Position numbers and translations under genes: made by a program
The notes under the pieces: model-generated
The model's database searches: none
Told to the model about the DNA's origin: nothing
Seen by the model: only the letters and a program-made list of their open reading frames with translations
NCBI RefSeq assembly: GCF_018350175.1
Contig: NC_058368.1
Location: 137,766,001-137,830,000 of the forward strand
Direction of reading: 5' to 3'
From: Felis catus
Lineage: Eukaryota
DNA length: 64,000 nucleotides
Shown here: positions 50,027 to 60,849 of the stretch, piece after piece
Position numbering within the stretch: position 1 is the first letter of the stretch
Layout of the letters: each line of letters begins with the position of its first letter

Positions 50027-50236
50027 ATCTTTTTAAATTTTTTAAAGTTTATTTCTTGTTGAGAGAGACAGAGACAGCATGAGTGGAGGAGGGGCAGAGA
50101 GAGAGGATCCCAAACAGCCTCCATGCTGCCAGCACAGAGCCTGATGTGGGGCTCGAACTCAGGGAACCATGAAATCATGACCTGAGCCAAAATCAAGAGT
50201 TGGACGCCTAACCGACTGAGCCACCCAGGCATCCCC
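50027..50236 (-). mobile_element. CAN-SINE
   Basis: Reverse SINE; TSD AAATATTTATAT at 50015-50026 and 50237-50248. Confidence 0.93.
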
Positions 50237-52479
50237 AAATATTTATATGAATACATTTAAGCAAGAGGGTGCTGGGGTGCAGTGTCTATAAAAGGCAGTT
50301 CCCTCACAGGCCCCGCAGCAGGAAGAGCACAGGGCCAGCCTGGAAGGGGCCACCACAGCGTAATGTAGCTTGGAGGCATTTCTTCTACCAACAGTTGGGA
50401 CTTCAGCAAATTTTTCAGATCCTTGTCAAGTGCTCTGAAGCATTTCAGTCCCAGAGCCGGGTCTGGGGTCAGCACTGGTGCTGTCCACTGTCGGTCTGGG
50501 AGACACTATGGGGATGACGGGCCATCGGGGAAAAGGTGCTTTGTGAAGGACACAGCACGTCGTCACTGACTGCTTTGGAGTAATGTTTTACGCCCTTGGG
50601 AACGTTCATCTGAAACTACCTGGTAAACATGGACCTTCTCGCAGCTGCTGGAAGGTAAGCATCCCTCTTTGAGGAGACTGAAGGAATTCTCCCAGAGTCT
50701 GAGGGTGAGCTCCAGAGGCAGGACTGGAAATCCATTCGTGGCCCCAGTTTCTTGAAACGCTGTTCACTTGCTTCACACCCTCATCCTCCTCTTGGAGAAG
50801 CAGGGAAGGCAAAGCCAGGAGGCTTTCACTGCTTAAACTGTTAACTAGCATTTTCCCGAAATGTGTTTCTGGTTAGTTTAAAGAAGGATAAACAAGATTT
50901 AATAGCTGGCAATGAACCACATTTTTTTTTTTTTTGCTCCCTAAATGCTATTTGGATCCACTCAAACGCCTGTCATTCTACTTTTGTACAAATAAATAAA
51001 TCTCCTTTTCTTTCGTGCATTTTTCTCTGTCCTGCATTTCCTAAAATACAATTTGTTTGACGGATGAGTTAAGCAGTTCTGAGGTTTGTTTTTGGCTCTG
51101 TAGGCAACTGGGTTGTTTTCTCATCATAATTCAGTAGGACAAGGTTACCACCCCACAAACACTAACACCTCATTTAGAACCAGAAGCACCCCCCCACACA
51201 CACACACACAGAAGAAAGCAGTTGCTGGTGTTCTTGGTATAAGTTTCAGTTTACATCTGTAGTTTCCTTGCATCGACATCTCTGCCCTGCCCCTCCCCTT
51301 TCCTCCTGTTTTAGTTTTGCGGGGGGTTCGGGCATGCACACACGTTCTGAAGTGTCACTGCAGACAGACAGAAAGTAAACTTGAAGGGAAGGACAAGGAG
51401 GCCCGTCATGTGCTCAGGCTTGGGGTTCTGGACCAAAAGCCTGATAAATAGGGACCCACCTCACTGTAACCTGAAAGCAAAATCACCCAGAGTATTTTTT
51501 TTCTGCAACGCAAACCACATAATCATGATTTTTTCTTTACGTGAAAAAGTTGCACAGGAACTAAACCTTATGTGTTTTTGAAAGTCATTGTACTGGAGGG
51601 AAACAAATGGTCTCCGCATAGTGTCAGAATCAAGGTGACGTTTCTCTTGGTTTCCAGTCACCGGTTGAACAGAGAAGTGCCTTTTAAATAACTGCCCATC
51701 ATAAGAAAAGATGAGGCAGGTCTAGAAAAGTATGTCAAAGTTCTCGTTTTTAAGTTCTCACTAGTGCAGGGTCTGTGAGCCTGTTTCAAGTGATCTATCA
51801 GTGCTTCTCATAATCAGAAATGTCGTTGCCCAGGAAAGAGGCAGAAGATTCCAAGAGAGAGAGGCAAACCCAGAACCCAGAGGTGGGCTCCTTTTTCTGC
51901 CGCTTTGCTGGGTGGGTGGGGAATGAAGAGGAAGGAGCAGGTTTCCACCCAAGAGTTGCCCTGCCGACCTCCCTCCCTCCCATTCCAGCTGTCCAAGCTT
52001 CTCCACAAAGTCTGGAAGCAATATGGCCTCACCTGAAGATTATTTCCCTAAGGTATTCAGATTTTTTTCAATTACAGTACTGTTTGAGTCTGCTTTTTAG
52101 TACTTGCTATATTGTATTGCAATAATCTGTTCGCAAGCCTATAATTACCTCCAGAGTAAGGACATTACCATCTTTGGATCTCCTGGTATCTATCACAGAG
52201 CATGTAATAACACAAATGAGTGGGGGCATGAAGGAAAGAATACTCAACAGCACTGACTAATAATCGAGTTCCTAAAAAATGGCAATAATGAGATGTAATA
52301 GTCCATTTCCCTTTCCAACTGTCATTTATCAGCCATCTATAATGAAATATGTAATTTTTAAAAAGTAACATTAAGGCTATGATTCCTAGTAAGTTTCGTG
52401 AAATTTTGAAAACTGCTTCATGGGATGCCCACTGGGCCTGGGGTTTAGGAAATGCAAACTAGGAGTTCTTGGCCCAGGC

Positions 52480-52632
52480 CAGTCGTTCTCAAACTTGAGT
52501 GTGCATCAGAATCACCCAAAGGGCTTCTTAGAACAGATTGCTGGGCCTCACTCGCAAAGGTTCTGGTCCAGTAGGTTTGGGGGAAATGATGATGCTGCTG
52601 GTCTGGGGACCACAATTCGATGAGAGAACAAG
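52480..52632. mobile_element. MER5A-like hAT-Charlie DNA transposon remnant
   Basis: CAGTCGTTCTCAAACTTGAGTGTGCATCAGAATCACC...CAGATTGCTGGGCC...GATGCTGCTGGTCTGGGGACCACA. Confidence 0.85.
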
Positions 52633-52980
52633 CAGGGGTGGTGGGTGCTGAGTCTGTAGTTCTTATGCTGACCAAACTGCGTGACATCTAATAGGCCATT
52701 TGCCCGTCTCGTGGTGGCTCGGGTATGGGGGAAGGACAATGAATGGCATCTCTAACCCACAGAGCACTTCAGAGCACGAACGCTAGGTCACTTACACAAT
52801 CACACCTTTCTCAACCCGTTTTATAGGGATTGAGGCTAATGGTGGGAAAAGAAGTAAAAATGATGATGCTTTGGAAAATCAGAAGTACTACACAGAAATG
52901 TGCTGTTTTATCCTCGCAAAGATCTTCACTTTGTACTGGGCTTTCCCACTGGGGCTTGCCTGCATTGGCCTTCTTAGCAT

Positions 52981-53034
52981 AGAAATACTGACGTTAAAAA
53001 AAAAAAAAAAAAAAAAAAGAAATACTGACGTTAA
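52981..53034 (+). mobile_element. Solo poly(A) retro-insertion flanked by a perfect TSD
   Basis: AGAAATACTGACGTT (52981-52995), then an A-run 52996-53017, then AGAAATACTGACGTT (53018-53032). Confidence 0.8.
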
Positions 53035-54784
53035 TTTAGTGGAACAAACTCCCTGCGTTAGGAAACGTGAAAAATGGCTGAAAACATTCACGTATTGGGG
53101 TTTACGTCCTGGGGGAAGTACACAATTTTCCGGGCATTCTATTAAACTGATACAGAAGGACTGGCATCTGTTCAGTATCTGTGCATATGTCTCTACCCAC
53201 TGATGCCACAGCCACCAGGGTTGTTTCCTGGGGATCTGCTGGCAGCCCTGACTCCGACATTAATCAACTTGACATCTGGAACCAACCTGAGGCACCCCAT
53301 CTGATTGTCACAGATGCCTTTACTTTTCAGCTGTCAGCAAAGAGATTATTCAGTTAAGGATGCCAGGTCTACACCACACAATCTGTGTGGAGGAGGGCCG
53401 AGTGGTGTATTAAGAAGAGAGCTGAATAATCTGGGAGTGTGGGCAAGACAAAAATTTCCCTCGGTAATCTGTCAACTCAGACCTACACCAGGAAAGCATT
53501 TTGCCTGCAGCAGCAAAATTACTGTGGTCGGGGAGACCAGGCTAGATTATGCTCTACATATCCTTGGAGTGCATATTTTGCCCATTTTTGCAAACTACAA
53601 TCCTCCTTGAGCTAACTAAATAACAGCAGCAGCTACTTTCAAAACCGTTTAGCCCCCCTTGGTCTGTTGCAGCCAGGCCCGCATTCTTCAGGAGTCTGGG
53701 GAAAGATGTGGACACCTCTTCCTGGGTGAGTTTCAAAGAAGACTGGACACTGCTTAGAGACTAGCAACCTAGTCACTGTCATTATCACGACAGTGGCATG
53801 GGATGGGGCTGATAGGCACAGTCTCAGTTACATACCTTTTTGATTTTAGCATTCCACGTGTTCTAATATGGAAAATGAGGCCCAGGACATTATCCAGAAG
53901 AACCGCTTGTTGGCAATTGCTCTGTGATGTGTTCGGATGAAGCAGGCAATAAGGAGTCAAATTTCACTTCATCAGGGAGGAAAAAAAGAAAAAAAAAGCT
54001 CTGTAGATAACACTGTAAATCAGCCAGGAGACAAATGTCTGCCTGGATTGTCACCCACCATTTCACGGCATTGATTTCTCAAAGCCTGAAACCGTAAAGG
54101 ACCCAATCCAGAGCGGAAGGGCATCCTGGCGTCCCATGTTTGCTGATTTAATTTTCCTCTCTGAACACACGCAGCCCCATAATTAGAACATTTACCAACC
54201 ATAAATACAATTTAAACTCTGTACATGTGTGCCTACATGTGTGGAGAAGTTTAAGCTGAGATACGGTTTCAATAAAAACAATCCTTCTGCGCTGATTAGA
54301 ATGTGTAAAGAGGAAATCTGTTTATACCACAATCTACTCAAAACTTGTGTTGGCAGCAACACTCTTGGCTAATAAATGTCAATAGCAAAGCTACATGGAG
54401 AGTATGAATTAACTGCTCACAATCTGGAGATTCAGAGCTCAGTCTAGAGTGATATGTCCAACTAATTCCACTACGTCTGTTGTGAAGAAATGCCACCCAT
54501 AAGCCCTTGGCAAAAACACAGACTGCTAACGGACGGGGCCTGCTTAGAGATGTTTGTCCTGCTGTTGAGTTCAAGTCCACCCTCAAAAGGAAAGGAGTTC
54601 TCAGAGGAAACTGCAGAGCCCTGCAATGTTTTGGGAGGGGGTTCATATTTATTCACCTTCTCTTAAAAATAACTCTGGTAGCACGAGGAATGAGATTATC
54701 AGAATGATTAAAAACCAACAGGGCATTTAATTTTTTTGATGCTCTATTTCTCATTTCCTGTTGATTTTATAAGAATTAGCAACC

Positions 54785-54999
54785 GGGGCACCTGGGTGGC
54801 TCAGTCGGTTGGGCGTCCGACTTCGGCTCAGGTCATGACCTCGTGGTCTGTGAGTTCAAGCCCCATGTTTGGCTCTGTGCTGACAGCTCAGAGCCTGGAG
54901 CCTGCTTCCGATTCTGTGTCTCCCTCTCTCTGACCCTCCCCCATTCATGCTCTGTCTCTCTCTCTGTCAAAAATAAATAAACATTAAAAAAATTTTTTA
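54785..54999 (+). mobile_element. CAN-SINE
   Basis: Full SINE; TSD AAGAATTAGCAA at 54771-54782 and 55000-55011. Confidence 0.95.
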
Positions 55000-55444
55000 A
55001 AGAATTAGCAATCGAACACTGTCCATTGAGTCCATCTACACACCTATTCATCCAGAAAAATAGCAGCCCTGGTCTGATCAGTGCAACATCCCCTCACTGT
55101 CGACAGGACTCAGGACAGCCCTCCATCGTACTCAAGAACTGGAAGGGAGAGGAAAAACACAAGTTGAGGAACTGAAGGTGGTGAAAAATCACAAGGGACT
55201 AATGGGCACCATATGCAAGGGTAGAGTGAAGGTGTGGGATGAGACAGCCCCCTGGGAGGGGTAAATGTGTCCCTCCTGTAGCGAACTTTTAAAGAACCAC
55301 CTTAGGATAAAGTAGGCATGACCAGCCATACGGGTGAGAGTCATAGAAAGATTTCTGGGCGATCAACAGTCTTCTCCTTCAGGTTGGCTAGGGAGTAATC
55401 TACATTTTTTGAGCTGGAAGGAAAGGAGTGGGGGCAGCTTACCT

Positions 55445-55690
55445 GTAATAATGATAATAAAAACAACAATAATAACAGCAAATATGTGCTACATGCCAGA
55501 CACTGTTCTAAGCCCTTGACATTTATTAACTCTTTAAATCATAACAAAAACAACCCTAGGAAGTATTACTACCACCCCCATTTTACAGATGAAGAAACCG
55601 AAGAACTGCAAGAACTTCCCAAGGTCATCCAGTCAGTAAACGGTGAAAGCAGACTAAGGCAGCTCATTCAGAGCCACATGCTTTAGCTTG
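55445..55690 (-). mobile_element. MIR
   Basis: ATGCCAGACACTGTTCTAAGC...CCCCATTTTACAGATGAAGAAACCGA...CCCAAGGTCA. Confidence 0.85.
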
Positions 55691-56149
55691 AGTCTCTGCT
55701 GCCTCTCAAAAGCACTGATACCTAGTATATTGAGCACTGTTCTAAGCCGGCTCCAGATATCCTTGCTTATAACGAGCATTCCATTCTGCCTCTTGACATG
55801 GCTGACAAAAGTCAACTGAGTATACCATGTCCCCTGTACCCTTTTCTTTTGTCCCATTACGCTTGCTCTAACTCTGGAGTTGGCCAGAAGCCCTGTTACA
55901 CTCCAGAGTGACTAAGTTTGTATCTGTGGGGCCCTAGGCTGTCAGATGGAATGCACATGCAGCCCCACCCTCAGACCAAGTGCCTATCCTTCTCCAGGTT
56001 TTTCAGGCATTCACTCAGATCTGACTTGCGGTTGAGGAAGGCTGTGTGCACCCATGGAAAGACAAAGAGAGAGTACAGGCAATTTTTTTCTGGTAATTCA
56101 GATTCAAGAAAACCTCCAGACAGCAGTCAGGTCATTGACAGAGGACTTG

Positions 56150-56340
56150 CAATATATTTAATCGGTTCTTTCACTTGTGTTATTTCACTTAATTCTCATA
56201 ACAACTCAGTGAGGCAGCCAATGTTATCTCTGATTTTAGTGGGAAAAAGACTTAAGATTCAAGAAAAGGTTACGTGACTTGATCATACATCAAGTAAAAA
56301 ATACAGCTGGGACTCAAAATCCACGTCTATATCACGGTGC
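56150..56340 (-). mobile_element. MIR
   Basis: TTATTTCACTTAATTCTCATAACAACTCAGTGAGGCAG...AAGGTTACGTGACTTG. Confidence 0.7.
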
Positions 56341-59226
56341 TGAACTCAAAACAATCTTTCCTTCAGCACTTTGTAAATAACAACAGCAGCTGTAACTAAC
56401 TAACCTAACTAACTAACCAGAGCCCTGCCCTCAGCTGATAGGATAAGAGCAATTAGTAGCTGGCATGGACACCTTGGCTATATTCATTTGGGCAGCCAGG
56501 ACGTCCACACAAGGTGGGGTAGGTTCCACGTAGCTTCAGGCCCATAACCCCTCTTCTAGGATGAGATCTGTCTCCACACCCCACCCTGGAGTGCATTTCT
56601 AGGGAGCTGGAGGCAAAGGGTCTTCAACAAGGGGCCCTCCTCTGTAAAATACCATTCCTCTTGTTCTCCTGAAAGCCCTGGTTAGCTGACCTTTCAGGCA
56701 CGATGAAAGATAGCTTTTTTTGGTTTATTTTCCCCAGACAGTTGGAGGAATGTTGTTCTGGGCCAGTGTTCAGTGGGTTTGTGTTTTTGTTGCTGTGTGG
56801 TGCTTTGCTATAGTGGTATTACCATATTTTGGAAGTTTTCTAAACCATTGCCCATGCACCCAGGGGTGACTATTAAAATGATGAGAACATTTTTATAAAT
56901 CATAAAAATAAATAAATGTACAAAAGCACAGTTAGTAAAATGGACAAAGCTAACTCAGCTTAAAAAAAAAAAAAAACCTGAAAGTATTTCTTTCAGAATC
57001 TGAGTTTTGTGCCTAAAAGGAAGTCCATGGGGAAAAAAGTATACATTTTAAGGGAAAAAAAACATGTGAACGGGAATAACACAATAAATGGTAAATGCTG
57101 ACTTGGATTGTATATTTTATCTTTGTATCTAGATGGAAGAAATACAGATATAAAAAAGCAAGCATGTATGCATTAGGAATAACTATAATGCTATGTCTTA
57201 TTTATGTATAATCATTCTTTTGCTAGAATCAAACCATGCATGACAATTTTTTCTTTTTAAGTTGCTTTTTAAAAAATGCTCATTTTGTTCTTTCTCATCC
57301 AATAGCTATGATCTTTATCATGTCTGAAGGCCTATCAGCATAAGAGATTATGGCCAGAACCTGCTAAGAACATTCAGAAGCTAGACCTTCTGGATCGTCT
57401 GCTCACCCCCTCTTTCTCCTTCTCCCATCCACTGCTTACACCCACCCCGTCCACTGCTCTGCCAAGATCTCGTCCTCTACTAGTTGAGGGCTTCCCTGGC
57501 TGCACATAAACCGAATCTTTGTCTCCCTGGGCATCCCTGAAAACACACAAAAGTGGTTTCCCAAAACAGAAGAAACTGACCGCCAAATACTCCATGTGCT
57601 GGGCAAAATTTCAATGAGCAAATGAATACATAGAGGAAATAAGAATTAAGTGCTTAATAGTTCATTAATGGGTAACTGTTTACAGGTTGACAGTCGTTTT
57701 AAAACGTCTGTTTTCCTTTAGAGATTTTAGGGGCAGGCACGGCTTTTGGCCTTCACATGGGGAGGGAGAGACCGGAAAGTGAGTGTGGAGAGCTTCTCAC
57801 TTGTGGGGCTCCTCCAGGATCTTTAAGGCTACCCCACTAGTAGTGCTGACCCTGGCCTGGGTTCCTGTCTCCTAGCACAGGGGCAGGGCAGATTCAATGG
57901 CATAGGGTCATTATGGATGATTACAGTTATAGATCTTGGGCAAGATCTAAGGAAAGCGGGCTTCAGACCAGTTGAACTTAAACTAGCTTTGTTCTCAATG
58001 CCAAAGTAGATGGGCCGTGAGAGTCACCCTACCACATCCCACATTATTAGTGGCGGGGGGAATGTCTTCCCACAGTGTAATACTATGCGGAGGCAGGTGG
58101 TCCTAGAGTGAGCCTTCTGCCACCTATAGAATTGATAAGACTATGATCACTAATGGAACATTCAGTTCTCTGTGTGTGTGGTCTGAAAAATCAAACCAAA
58201 GCCTGTGTTATGGGGAGGTGGGGGGAGAGGGCCGACAGAATCAAAACAGCAACTGTATCCAAATTTTTTTTTTTAACTATGTCAAACGCATGTGGAGTAT
58301 TAGAATCAAACAGTTTTCTCAAGGAGAAACAATTATTTTGCTTTCAAACACCAACCAGGTAAAAACAGTCTCAAAACCAATTAGAAATGCAGGGGCTTTT
58401 CCACCGTGGTTATTCTTTCCAATCACATACAAAATTACAAGTACTTTCTGGAAATTACTCACACACAATTAAGTCCTTTAGATTCATCCTGTGATGGGGG
58501 CAGTCTTATTGGGCAATGTTTGTCCTGGAACAGCTGTTGAGATCCTAGCAGGAGAAAAGCCCGCATGATTCTTTAGCTCATAATCCAGTTAGTTTATTTT
58601 CTCGAGATTACCTGTGGGCATCATGTTGATGCAAACAGTAACACAGCCAGAAAATGGAGCTCCCCCTAACCTCACCACAGGTGGAGAACGATCAGACAAT
58701 ATATTTGGACTTTCCCTCCCCACCACACTCCTACAAACATGCAGACATACACCATGAACTCCAGATTTGCCCTTAATGTCATCTCCTGGTGCCACTGCAA
58801 GCGCAGAAGGGGCAGGAAAAGAAGGACAATAGCTGAGCCACACCCCGTCTGGCTACTGACTTCCTAGTCTCCTCTTCTAGCTTTCTCCCTGACAGGACCT
58901 GAGCATCACTTGGGTCTTGGGAAGCTGGTGGCTTCCTCATTCTGTTCCCTCAGCAATACTATGCAAGCGCTTCCTACTCCCTCCTACTCCTACTTTCTGC
59001 TTCCTACTAGATAAGGATATTCTCAGTTTTCTAAGTCTCTTCTCCCCGAGCAAATTAGAGGCTCCAAAAGGGCAGGCAACACATCTGGTCCTTCTGTGCC
59101 CATCATTATTGCTAGTGCAGTACTAAGCAAGAGCAGTCTCTCAAAAATAAACTGTGTGAGGAGCCTCTCTGGTATAATTTTTGGTCAGTTGTACTTGATG
59201 GATAAGAAGGACAAAAGAAAACGTCA

Positions 59227-59353
59227 GGGGATGCCTGAGTGGCTCAAACAGTTAAGCATCTTGATTTCGGCTGAGGTCATGATCTCACAGTTCATGGGAT
59301 CGAGCCCCATGTTGGGCTCTGCACTGACAGCACAGAGCCTGCTTGGGATTCAT

Positions 59354-59395
<42 letters not shown>

Positions 59396-59450
59396 CCTCC
59401 CTCACTTGTGCTCTCTCTCAAAACAAATAAATAAACTTAAAAAAAAAAAA
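59227..59450 (+). mobile_element. CAN-SINE (first of a head-to-tail pair)
   Basis: GGGGATGCCTGAGTGGCTCA head, long (CT)n, poly(A). Confidence 0.92.
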
Positions 59451-59452
59451 GA

Positions 59453-59670
59453 GGGGGGCCTGGGTGGCTCAGTTGCTTAAGCAACCAACTCTTGATTTCT
59501 GCTCAGGTCATGATCTCATGGTTCGTGAGTTTGAGCCCTGCATCGGGTTAGCGTCAACAATGAGGAGCCTGCTTGGGACTTTCTTCTTCTCTCTCTGCCC
59601 CTACCCTCCACCCCCCCCCCCGCCCCCGTCTCTTTCTAAATAAATAAATGAACTTTAAAAAAAGAATTAA
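59453..59670 (+). mobile_element. CAN-SINE (second of the pair)
   Basis: GGGGGGCCTGGGTGGCTCAG head directly after the first tail; C-run; A-rich tail. Confidence 0.92.
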
Positions 59671-60849
59671 AAAAAGAGAAACATCAGGAAAGACAGTAAG
59701 TCGGCCACTACTAGGAAACCCTGTTAAACTAAAACCCTGTTTTTATGATTGCCCAGAATATGTGAGCACTGTACTCTCAGATAATTCTGTTGTCTTTCCT
59801 CATGCTTCAAGGCTATGCTGACCATGAATACAAAGTAGAATTTTAACTTTAAAATCATTCCTTTTCAGGACAAACCTTTCAGTCCATCTTCATGAATTGA
59901 CTAAAACTAGCTTCTAGAGTTGGGGTCTTTTCACACTCTCTGTAGATTTATTTTCAGTAAAAGGTACTGAAAATGCCACAAAATAAAATGCTCAAGGATC
60001 TCAAAAGAGAGCTTGTCCCCTATAATTCAGACCTATATCCAAGTAGTTATATAAATTCTTGCTCTTTGTCACAAATGAGTGGATTATTTGTTTTTTTGAG
60101 CTTTAAGGGGTGGAGTAGGTTGGGATTATCGCTCCTTTTAGCCCTGGAATATTTTGATTCTTAGAAATTTTTAAATTATTCATCACCAGTTTCTGCATAA
60201 GTAAAATGAAGCAGGGAATTGACCATGGAGTAGGAATTCAGGGCTTGCCAGCAGACGGGGATGGGGGTGGGGAGGGCTTATTTCCTTTCACCTTTGGAAG
60301 AAATGGACACTTTATCTGTGGGGACACAGGCTCTGGCCTTAGATCTTTGTTTTCCCGCATTTACCCAGGAGCAGGCCTCCACCGTAATAGAGTTAGCAAA
60401 GGTCACTTCTCAAATCCTTAACACTAAGACTTGGGTCTTCCTTTGCAGAGGAGTCATTTACTGATTTTTATGGCCTCCCACAGACAACTATGACAGTTCC
60501 TCATACTAAGGTTGAAAGAACAACTGAATATTGCTCCTTTTACCAAAACAGCCTCAGTTACATTCTCCACTGTTTGTAAAACATTGCAGTTGTCTCCTCT
60601 CCCAACTTTTCCTCCCCTTGAAAGAGTAAGTTAGCATGGGATGCAGAGGAAATGGCTGATTTCTGCCGAGACACTGGGATAATAACCCAAACCTCAGACG
60701 CAAGCCCTGACCAGTCACCGCACCCTAACCTGGGCTCGGGGCCTGCTCCGCAGACCAGACCTGGAAGAAGCCTGGCCACGGGAGATGAGGCTGCCACCAA
60801 CCTGCGGCTTTTCACCGCCGGCATGGATTAAGTAACACCCGCAAAATCA

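Noticed and set aside
50287..50295. TATAAAAG(G) boxes (also near 2148 and 46751)
   Set aside because: Isolated matches expected by chance in 64 kb; no supporting CpG island or downstream exon structure.
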